Shown piece after piece: positions 47,648 to 55,552 of a stretch of DNA of 64,000 nucleotides (position 1 is the first letter of the stretch; each line of letters opens with the position of its first letter). Source of the stretch: an uncultured SAR86 cluster bacterium (GTDB lineage: Bacteria; Pseudomonadota; Gammaproteobacteria; Magnimaribacterales; AG-339-G14); contig CABZES010000005.1 of the NCBI GenBank assembly GCA_902524805.1, forward strand, positions 24,121-88,120. Reading direction: 5' to 3'. Under the pieces are notes generated by a model. The model worked only from the letters and a program-made list of their open reading frames with translations, was not told the origin of the DNA and searched no databases. Made by a program: the position numbers and the translations under genes.

Positions 47648-49015
47648 ATGAAACTTAATAGCGACTTGCAACCTAAAGTTGTAATAAACGAACCGCTCTA
47701 TGAGCCGGTAAACAAATATCAAAGAAATTTTGATTTAACCGACGTTTTTTTATTTGAAAAAGGGCAGCCTTACGAAGAATATAAACAATTAAGAGAAAAT
47801 TCACCCGTTCATTTCCACGAAGCAGGAATTGGTGATAGTGAACCAGGTTTTTGGGTTTTAACAAAATATGATGACATAGAATTTGTTTCTAGAAATCAAC
47901 AAATTTTTTCATCTCAATTAGCAAGTGGAACAACTTTGACCCTAGGTTATTCACAAGAAGTTAGTATTGATCAATTATTTAGATCGGCTCTAGATCATAT
48001 GCTTGGTACTGATGATAAATTGCACTTATCAATGCGAAATCCTCACATGAAGTTTTTTACTCCCAAGTATGTTGAAGAATTGAGAAAAAAGGTTTCTTTA
48101 AAAGTTACAGAACTGCTTGATGGAATTGCTCCATTAGGAAAATGCAATTTAGTTGATTCTATTTCGTCAGAACTTCCTATTTTTTCCCTGAGTGAAATTT
48201 TAGGTGTGCCAGAAGAAGACAGGTCAAAAATAAAAGAATGGATGACTTTTTTAGAAATGGCTCAAGTTGTTGGAGCAACTCAAGCTGCAGAGAAAAATAA
48301 TATTGAATTGAACGAAGATCAACAAGCTTCGGCTCCAGATCCGGCAATGATTGCTATGTTTACAAATATTGTTAAAGAGATGTTTGATTATGGAAGAGAT
48401 ATTCTTCTTAAAAGAAGAAAAGATCCGAAAGATGATCTTCTCTCGGTTATTGCTAATATGGAAGTTGACGGAGAGAAATTACCTGATGAATATTTAGACG
48501 GTTCTTGGCTGTTAATTATTATTGCTGGAAACGAAACGACTAGAAATTCTATCAGCGGAACAATAAAACTTTTAACTGAAAATCCTGATCAAAAAGAAAA
48601 ACTAATTAACAATATGGAACTACTTCCTAATATGGTTAATGAGGCTATAAGATTAATTTCGCCTGTGATTTATATGAGAAGAACGACCAAAGAAGAAACT
48701 TTAATTGGAGATCAAAAAATTGGTCCCCAAGAAAAAGTTGTTTTATATTATGGTGCAGCAAATAGAGATCCAGATATCTTTAAGAATCCCGATGCATTTG
48801 ATATTGAAAGAGAAAATGCTAAAAAACATTTAGCTTTTGGTTATGGAAGACATTTATGTTTAGGTAAGCATATGGCCAATATGCAACTAGCTGAAGTATA
48901 TAAACAAATACTTTCAAGATTTCCAGATATGCAGCAAAGCGATGACTGGAAAGTTGTTCCAAATAATTTTACTCACTCAATATCTGAGATGCCTGTCTCA
49001 TTCACGCCTGAATAA
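47648..49015 (+). CDS. Cytochrome P450
   Basis: 455 aa with I-helix IIIAGNETTRNS, ExxR (NEAIRLISP) and heme-Cys loop FGYGRHLCLGKHMA. Starts 2 nt after the TetR stop. Confidence 0.9.
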   Translation: MKLNSDLQPKVVINEPLYEPVNKYQRNFDLTDVFLFEKGQPYEEYKQLRENSPVHFHEAGIGDSEPGFWVLTKYDDIEFVSRNQQIFSSQLASGTTLTLGYSQEVSIDQLFRSALDHMLGTDDKLHLSMRNPHMKFFTPKYVEELRKKVSLKVTELLDGIAPLGKCNLVDSISSELPIFSLSEILGVPEEDRSKIKEWMTFLEMAQVVGATQAAEKNNIELNEDQQASAPDPAMIAMFTNIVKEMFDYGRDILLKRRKDPKDDLLSVIANMEVDGEKLPDEYLDGSWLLIIIAGNETTRNSISGTIKLLTENPDQKEKLINNMELLPNMVNEAIRLISPVIYMRRTTKEETLIGDQKIGPQEKVVLYYGAANRDPDIFKNPDAFDIERENAKKHLAFGYGRHLCLGKHMANMQLAEVYKQILSRFPDMQQSDDWKVVPNNFTHSISEMPVSFTPE

Positions 49016-49017
49016 AT

Positions 49018-50109
49018 ATGCAAAATTTTATTGATCTTTTTATGAGTGTTTGGAATCAAGGCTTATTAGGCGTAAGTATTTCTCAAATTATAATTTCATT
49101 AGTTATTTTATTGATTGCTTTTATATTAAGAGGAGTTGTTTCAAACATAGTAATTAAATGGCTTGAGGTTTTAACATCAAAAACTGACTCGCAAGTAGAC
49201 GACATTATTCTAGACTCTTTAAAAAAACCGCTTGGTTTTATTCCAATAACCATTGGACTTTATATAATAACTGTTTACCTTCCTTTATCGGGCTTGCTAG
49301 ATATTATTGCAACTAATATTGTTAAAGCCTTTGTTGTGTTTACAATTTTTAGTGTTCTTTCTAATGCCGTAGATCCACTTTTTAAAGTTTTAGCTGGAAA
49401 TACGTGGCTTACCTCCGCAATGTCTTCTTGGTTAGAAAAATCTTTAAAAGTGCTGATATGGATTATAGGATTTGCAGTAATCCTAGATATCTTTGGAATA
49501 GAAATTGGGCCGTTAATTGCTGGACTAGGACTTTTTTCAGTTGCGATCGCACTTGGAGCACAAGATTTATTTAAAAACTTAATTGCAGGAATGTTAATAA
49601 TTGGAGAAAACAGGTTTCAACCTGGAGACCGCATAGAAGTAATAGGACAATTTCACGGAATTGTTGAGACAATAGGGTTTAGATCTACTACGGTAAGACT
49701 ATTCAATACCTCACCAATGATCATTCCTAACAAGGATTTATCCGATGTAAGTGTCATCAATCACAAACAATTAAAATTTCGAAGAATTAGATGGGTAATT
49801 AATTTAATTTATGCAACAAATTCAGAAGCAATCGTAAATATTTGTAGAGATATTGAAAAAGTAATAAACGACACAAACAATGGCTTTGCTATTAACCCAG
49901 GGCAAGAGTCATTTGCAAAAGCAGTTGAGTTTGGAGCAAGTTCCATAGACTTAGAGATTCTTTGTTACACCGAAGTCAGTGATTACACAGGATTTTCTGA
50001 GGTTAAACAGAAGTTATTATTAGAAATACAAAGAATAGTTTCAAAGCATGGCTCTGACTTCGCTTTCCCTTCTAGATCTATTTATATTGAATCGTCTCCA
50101 TCAGAATAG
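49018..50109 (+). CDS. Mechanosensitive ion channel (MscS family)
   Basis: 363 aa with several N-terminal TMs, then pore-helix/beta-domain junction GAQDLFKNLIAGMLIIGENRFQPGDRIEV. Confidence 0.88.
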   Translation: MQNFIDLFMSVWNQGLLGVSISQIIISLVILLIAFILRGVVSNIVIKWLEVLTSKTDSQVDDIILDSLKKPLGFIPITIGLYIITVYLPLSGLLDIIATNIVKAFVVFTIFSVLSNAVDPLFKVLAGNTWLTSAMSSWLEKSLKVLIWIIGFAVILDIFGIEIGPLIAGLGLFSVAIALGAQDLFKNLIAGMLIIGENRFQPGDRIEVIGQFHGIVETIGFRSTTVRLFNTSPMIIPNKDLSDVSVINHKQLKFRRIRWVINLIYATNSEAIVNICRDIEKVINDTNNGFAINPGQESFAKAVEFGASSIDLEILCYTEVSDYTGFSEVKQKLLLEIQRIVSKHGSDFAFPSRSIYIESSPSE

Positions 50110-50114
50110 ATTAG

Positions 50115-50660
50115 ATGACAAGATGGTTTTTTCTTTTCTTACTTGCCTTAACGTTAGTAATTTCCTTTAGGCTGTTTACATTTTCTCCATTTCCGAACTT
50201 ATCAAAAAATTGCGACAAAACCTCAATAGAATCGAATATGTCTGGAATTTGGAACCTGAATAGGGTAGATAATTTTTCGGGAATAGAGCCATATTTAAAT
50301 GCAAAAGATTTAAATAGTTATTCTTTTTTTATCTATTATCTAGTCCCATCTATTCTTAGTAATAGTCAAATTTTATCGATAGATTTTTGCGGAGATGAAG
50401 TTACTGTAACTTATAATGTTTTTAGAAATTGGAGACAATATAATTTTTCTACAATTCAAAATCAGGCCTTTAAATCAAATTCATCTGATTTATCTGGAAT
50501 TGCTAGTTTTCAGCCAAAAATCATATCAATTGAAATAAATTCAAAAGATATAGACTTTACAGAAGAATTATATTTAGATGGCGGGGAATTAATTAGAGAA
50601 ACAGAATTTTCAAACTCAAAAACAGGAAAAATAAGGTACTTTTATAGAAAAAATGACTAG
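50115..50660 (+). CDS. N-terminally anchored protein with a cytosolic-FABP/iLBP-like beta-barrel signature
   Basis: 181 aa with a hydrophobic N-terminus, then GIWNLNRVDNF, ..LSIDFCGDEVTVTYNVFRN..YNF.. and a C-terminal LDGGELI...KIRYFYR. These align by eye with FABP4/CRABP blocks. Confidence 0.55.
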   Translation: MTRWFFLFLLALTLVISFRLFTFSPFPNLSKNCDKTSIESNMSGIWNLNRVDNFSGIEPYLNAKDLNSYSFFIYYLVPSILSNSQILSIDFCGDEVTVTYNVFRNWRQYNFSTIQNQAFKSNSSDLSGIASFQPKIISIEINSKDIDFTEELYLDGGELIRETEFSNSKTGKIRYFYRKND

Positions 50661-51513
50661 TCCTAAAGAATATATATTACGCGTGACGTGTCCAGATAGG
50701 TTTGGAGTTGTTGCAAAAGTATCGACTTGTTTAAATGATTCAGAACTATTTATTTTAGATTCAGCTCATTTTGGAGACCCAGATACCAATAAATTTTTTA
50801 TGAGAGTTAAAGTTATTTCTCCAAATAAAAATTTTAAATATAAATCATTTGAAAAAAAATTCTCTTTGATTGCTAATGAATTAAATATTGATTGGACATT
50901 TATTGATGCCAGTATTAAACCAAGAACGGCAATTTTTGTTTCAAAATATAGTCACTGCTTGCAAGATCTACTTTATAGAGAAAGTGTTGAATCATTGCCT
51001 ATAGATATTAAGTGTATAATTTCTAACCATCCAGATCTAAGAAAAATTGCAAAAAGCTATGACATCCCTTATCACTTTATAAATATGAAAAAAAATTCGA
51101 AAAGTGTTTCAGAAGCTAAAATCAATCAAATCTTAAATAAAGAAAATGTGCAACTCAATATACTTGCTAGGTATATGCAAATTTTATCCAAATCGTTTGT
51201 TAAAAAACATTATGGAAATATTATAAATATCCATCACTCGTTTCTTCCAAGTTTTAAAGGAGCAAAACCATACCAACAAGCTTATAGTAAAGGAGTCAAA
51301 ATTTTAGGTGCTACAGCGCATTATGTTTCATCTGAATTGGACGAAGGACCAATTATAGAACAAACGGTTGATAGAATTAATCATTCTATGACTCCAAAAG
51401 AAATGGAGATAATCGGCAGAGATATTGAGTCTATTACTTTAGCGAAAGCTGTTAAGTATCACGTTGAGCAGAGAATTTTTTTGAATGATGGTAAGACAGT
51501 GATTTTTAATTAG
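50653..51513 (+). CDS. purU: Formyltetrahydrofolate deformylase
   Basis: 286 aa with N-terminal ACT domain (ILRVTCPDRFGVVAKVS) and formyltransferase core INIHHSFLPSFKGAKPY...GATAHYV. Confidence 0.93.
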   Translation: MTSPKEYILRVTCPDRFGVVAKVSTCLNDSELFILDSAHFGDPDTNKFFMRVKVISPNKNFKYKSFEKKFSLIANELNIDWTFIDASIKPRTAIFVSKYSHCLQDLLYRESVESLPIDIKCIISNHPDLRKIAKSYDIPYHFINMKKNSKSVSEAKINQILNKENVQLNILARYMQILSKSFVKKHYGNIINIHHSFLPSFKGAKPYQQAYSKGVKILGATAHYVSSELDEGPIIEQTVDRINHSMTPKEMEIIGRDIESITLAKAVKYHVEQRIFLNDGKTVIFN

Positions 51514-51522
51514 GAGAAGAAA

Positions 51523-51909
51523 ATGAGTATTAATTTAAAGGGCTATTCAACTATTGGAACAAATAATAAGGAGGCAGCAGAAATTTTTTACGATGGTGTA
51601 TTAGAACAATTGGACCTAAGGAAATTTCCTGCAAATGACAGAATAACTATGTGGACTTCTAAAGAAGACGGCTCAGTAATATTAGCTATAGCAATTCCAT
51701 ATGATGGCGAAATAGCACAACATGGAAATGGAACGATGAAAGCTATTGCTCTTGGGTCGCAAGAAGAAGTCATAACAATGTACAACAAAGCAATGGAAAT
51801 GGGCGCAATTGATGATGGCGAGCCTGGTATGCGAGCAGGTAAGTTTTATGGTGCTTATGTATACGACCTCGATGGGAATAAACTTTGTTTTTTTAATTTT
51901 GGAGATTAA
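51523..51909 (+). CDS. VOC (glyoxalase/bleomycin-resistance) family protein
   Basis: 128 aa, single VOC-module size, with the end motif YGAYVYDLDGNKL. Confidence 0.7.
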   Translation: MSINLKGYSTIGTNNKEAAEIFYDGVLEQLDLRKFPANDRITMWTSKEDGSVILAIAIPYDGEIAQHGNGTMKAIALGSQEEVITMYNKAMEMGAIDDGEPGMRAGKFYGAYVYDLDGNKLCFFNFGD

Positions 51910-53069
51910 CTCAAAGCTTGGTTGATATCGTCAATCAAATCTTCGATAGATTCAATACCGACTGACAATCTTACGAGCCCATCAGATATTCCTATCTCGT
52001 CTCTTACTGATTTCGGAACTGAAGCATGAGTCATAAGAGCAGGGTGTTCAATTAAACTTTCAACACCTCCAAGGCTTTCCGCCAAAGAGAAAATTTTCGT
52101 TTTTTCAAGAAATTTCTTAGAAGCTTCCAGGCCACCGTTTATTTCTAAAGAAACTATTCCACCAAATCCATTCATTTGATTTTTAGCTAGCTCGTGTTGG
52201 GGATGAGATTCTAATCCTGGATAAATTACTTTACTTATTTTGTTGTTATTGGTTAATTCTTTAGCAAGTATAAGGGCATTCTCACTGTGCCTTTCCATTC
52301 TTAAGCCTAATGTTTTTAAACTTCTTAAAATAAGGTAACTATCAAACGTACTAGTTATTGGACCTAAAGAATTATGAATATTAGACATTTTATCAATCAA
52401 CTCTTGGTCATCTTTTCCAATTACTAAAACACCTGCAATTAAATCTGAATGACCGCCTAAAAACTTAGTAGCTGAATGAAGAACAATGTCTATACCAAAA
52501 TTTAGAGGTTTTTGAATATAAGACGATGCAAAAGTATTATCACAAACGGAAAGAATACTATTTGCTTTAGCAAAATTTGCAATTTGTTCTAAATCAGCAA
52601 TTTTTAAAAGAGGATTGGTAGGTGTTTCTACGAAAATCATTTTGGTTTTGTCTGTTAAAGCGTTTTCAACATTTTCAAAATTAGTCATATCCACATAAGA
52701 GACTGTAATTCCTTGAGATTTAGTTTTTACTTCGTTAAATAGCCTGACTGTTCCCCCGTAAAGATCATCCATAGCAATTACATGATCGTCTGGTTCTAAT
52801 AATTCCACACATGCAGAAATAGCTGCTACGCCTGAAGAAAAACCATATCCTTTTATGCCATCTTCTAGGCTAGTCATGCATTCTTCTAAAGCATTTCTAG
52901 TTGGATTGCCAGATCTAGAATAATCATAGCCTTTGTGAATACCTGGAGAATCTTGTTTAAAAGTAGAAGAAGTATAAATAGGCATCATAACTGCCCCAGT
53001 CAAAGGATCAGCTTCTTGTCCAGCATGAATAGATCTAGTTTCAAATCCCTGTTTTTTCTTTTTACTCAT
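51906..53069 (-). CDS. Cystathionine gamma-lyase / gamma-synthase family PLP enzyme
   Basis: 387 aa with PLP-Lys context HSATKFLGGHSD, the N-terminal TRSIHAG motif and ESLGGVES. Confidence 0.9.
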   Translation of the reverse strand: MSKKKKQGFETRSIHAGQEADPLTGAVMMPIYTSSTFKQDSPGIHKGYDYSRSGNPTRNALEECMTSLEDGIKGYGFSSGVAAISACVELLEPDDHVIAMDDLYGGTVRLFNEVKTKSQGITVSYVDMTNFENVENALTDKTKMIFVETPTNPLLKIADLEQIANFAKANSILSVCDNTFASSYIQKPLNFGIDIVLHSATKFLGGHSDLIAGVLVIGKDDQELIDKMSNIHNSLGPITSTFDSYLILRSLKTLGLRMERHSENALILAKELTNNNKISKVIYPGLESHPQHELAKNQMNGFGGIVSLEINGGLEASKKFLEKTKIFSLAESLGGVESLIEHPALMTHASVPKSVRDEIGISDGLVRLSVGIESIEDLIDDINQALS

Positions 53070-53071
53070 AA

Positions 53072-54043
53072 TTAATTAATATTTTTTTTAATCCAATCTT
53101 TATTAAAAGCTTTAGAGAGATACTTATTTCCAGTATCACATACCAAAGTTACCACTGTTTTAGGTTCTGTTTGCGCTTTACACCATTTCACTGCAGCATC
53201 TACCAAAGTACCACAAGAAGAGCCGGCTAAAATACCTTCTTTTTGTAATAACAAATCAATCATGTGAAAAGCTTCTCTATCGGAGACATAAATACCTTCA
53301 TCAATAATATCAAGATTTAAATTGCCAGGAATATAATCTTCTCCAATTCCTTCTACATTCCAACTACCTCCATCATATTTAAATTCTCCATTATTCACTG
53401 CATCAGCAATTACTGAGCCAACTGGATCGGCAATTACAATTTTTATATCAGGATTTTTTGATTTTAAGAATTCTCCTACGCCGCTAATAGTTCCTCCTGT
53501 ACCAACGCCAGCAACAAATGCGTCAATTTCTCCCTCCATCTGTGACCAAATTTCTGGTCCAGTAGTTTCAAAATGAACTTTTGGGTTTGATTGGTTCTCA
53601 AACTGATTAGCAAAAAAAGAGTTTGGGGTAGATTCTAATAACTTCTCTGCAATGGATTGATAATGCTCTGGATGACCATTTTCAACATCAGATCTTGTCA
53701 TAATTATTTCCACACCCATCGCTTCAAGATGCATGATTTTTTCTTCACTCATTTTATCTGGAATGACAAGTATTAAATTATAGCCCTTTAATTTTGCCGC
53801 CAATGCTAGTCCTAATCCTGTATTTCCAGCTGTAGACTCAATTATTGTAGACCCTTCTTTAATTAAACCTTGAGATTCAGCATCTTCAATCATTTTTAGG
53901 CCAACCCTGTCCTTAATAGAACCAAATGGATTGAGACTTTCCATTTTTACATATAAATTACACTTTCCTGTATCAATATTATTTATTTTTAAAACAGGAG
54001 TATTGCCTACCATCTCAAGGACATTATTGTATTTAGAACTCAT
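53072..54043 (-). CDS. Cystathionine beta-synthase / cysteine synthase family (fold-type II PLP) enzyme without CBS domains
   Basis: 323 aa with GNTPVLKI, PLP-Lys context NPFGSIKDR, TAGNTG and GVGTGGTISG. Confidence 0.88.
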   Translation of the reverse strand: MSSKYNNVLEMVGNTPVLKINNIDTGKCNLYVKMESLNPFGSIKDRVGLKMIEDAESQGLIKEGSTIIESTAGNTGLGLALAAKLKGYNLILVIPDKMSEEKIMHLEAMGVEIIMTRSDVENGHPEHYQSIAEKLLESTPNSFFANQFENQSNPKVHFETTGPEIWSQMEGEIDAFVAGVGTGGTISGVGEFLKSKNPDIKIVIADPVGSVIADAVNNGEFKYDGGSWNVEGIGEDYIPGNLNLDIIDEGIYVSDREAFHMIDLLLQKEGILAGSSCGTLVDAAVKWCKAQTEPKTVVTLVCDTGNKYLSKAFNKDWIKKNIN

Positions 54044-54171
54044 TGATCTTTAGAAGAATTATTTTTTTTACGATTATACTTTGTCTTATCAGCAAAAACT
54101 TTTGCTTTATTAAATTTAGCGGCATTTTTTGCTACTGGATTTTGAACTTTTCTTTTGGTTGTCTTTTTCAT
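54040..54171 (-). CDS. Lysine-rich 43-aa ORF translationally coupled (ATGA) to the CBS-like gene
   Basis: Hand translation gives MKKTTKRKVQNPVAKNAAKFNKAKVFADKTKYNRKKNNSSKDQ. It is stop-free in an otherwise AT-rich gap, and its TGA overlaps the downstream ATG. No clear SD. Confidence 0.4.
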   Translation of the reverse strand: MKKTTKRKVQNPVAKNAAKFNKAKVFADKTKYNRKKNNSSKDQ

Positions 54172-54208
54172 TAATCTTATTTAGATAAGATTGACTATAA
54201 TAAGTTCT

Positions 54209-55552
54209 TCAATTTAAACGCTTATAAATCTCTTCTTTAACCAGCCACATTCTATCTTGGCCCCATACGTAGAAAGGGTCGCTACCGTCAGAGTTAGTAA
54301 CTTTAAAGCTTGGAACTCCCCAACAGTTCCCCGAATACATATCTTCACAATTATCATTCAGAATCTTTTTCCATTTTTTTGTTTTAAGATCATTTTTTAC
54401 TTTTTTCCAATTTAAATCTAAATCTTCAACCAAATCTTTTAGAAAATCTTCATCTCCAATATTTATACCATCTTGAAATGAAGCTTTAAGAAGAGCATCT
54501 ATATAATCAAATCCCTTTCCAAGACTATCTATTATTGGAAATAATGAATAAGCCAATCTTGCTGGCTTCCCAATGGGCGAGTAGATTGATTTCATTTCGT
54601 AATTATATTTTCTACCTTCTCTTGCAGCATCAGAAATAATGTATTTTGCTTTAAAATCAGGAATTACCATCATTCTCATTAACATCGGTAAGACAGGTTT
54701 GGTTATCAGATTTATAGGATATTCAGTAACTAGTTCTTTCACTCTTTTAGCACTAATAAAGGTATATGGACTATTTAGAGAAGGATAGTAAGTCAAATTG
54801 AGTTTGCGCTCCGATGAAAATTCTTTAGGTGCGTTTGTATTTAAATTGCATATTAATTCGTTATTGAGCGTCTTTTTAGCTCCAAGTTCAGATAATCTCG
54901 TTTCAAGGTGATTAAGCCTATCAACTCCCCAATAAAGTTCTTTTTCGTAATAGAACGCTGAGCCAAAATAATAATCACATTCGTTTCTAATTTTGTTACC
55001 TTCAAAAAGCTTCTTGTTGACTTCTTCTTCAGAAGATGAATATTTTGTCGATATTTCTTTTAATTTCTCTTCATCACTATTCCATAAAGCGCTACTTACA
55101 TCTCTAGCAATATTATTAAAATTTTCTTTTTCTACGCTACTAAGAATAGAATTTGCTAAATCTACTAAATTTTTGGATGGATAAGAATCCGCTGTAAAAT
55201 CAATTTGATAATAATTTGCAATTCTTCGAACATCTTCAAGACAATACTTGTTATAAAGAGATGGCTCGTGAAGAGCTTCAGGGTTTTCTTCACCAACTAA
55301 TATTGACTTTAAAACTATGTCATACGAGTCTTTAAGTTTGTCTAAGTATTGAACAGTTAAATGTGAATAAGGATCATCTACCTTATGGAAATAAAATACT
55401 TCATGGGGTCTTTTCTCTGTTTGTCTATTTTGTTCTTGTTTTTCTCGAATCGATTTAAAAATTTCATAACTAGAAAACGTATTCATAGCTTTGTTTCTTA
55501 ATTTATGGGCAAAAGTTCTTCTTGCTAGGACGCTTCTTATGTATTTATACAT
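54209..55552 (-). CDS. Tandem (duplicated) DsbA-like / 2-hydroxychromene-2-carboxylate-isomerase-family protein
   Basis: 447 aa made of two thioredoxin-like halves. Each starts F/YY-x3-5-(D/S)PY(S/T)(H/F) and ends (Y/V)WG-x-DR(L/M). Confidence 0.7.
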   Translation of the reverse strand: MYKYIRSVLARRTFAHKLRNKAMNTFSSYEIFKSIREKQEQNRQTEKRPHEVFYFHKVDDPYSHLTVQYLDKLKDSYDIVLKSILVGEENPEALHEPSLYNKYCLEDVRRIANYYQIDFTADSYPSKNLVDLANSILSSVEKENFNNIARDVSSALWNSDEEKLKEISTKYSSSEEEVNKKLFEGNKIRNECDYYFGSAFYYEKELYWGVDRLNHLETRLSELGAKKTLNNELICNLNTNAPKEFSSERKLNLTYYPSLNSPYTFISAKRVKELVTEYPINLITKPVLPMLMRMMVIPDFKAKYIISDAAREGRKYNYEMKSIYSPIGKPARLAYSLFPIIDSLGKGFDYIDALLKASFQDGINIGDEDFLKDLVEDLDLNWKKVKNDLKTKKWKKILNDNCEDMYSGNCWGVPSFKVTNSDGSDPFYVWGQDRMWLVKEEIYKRLN

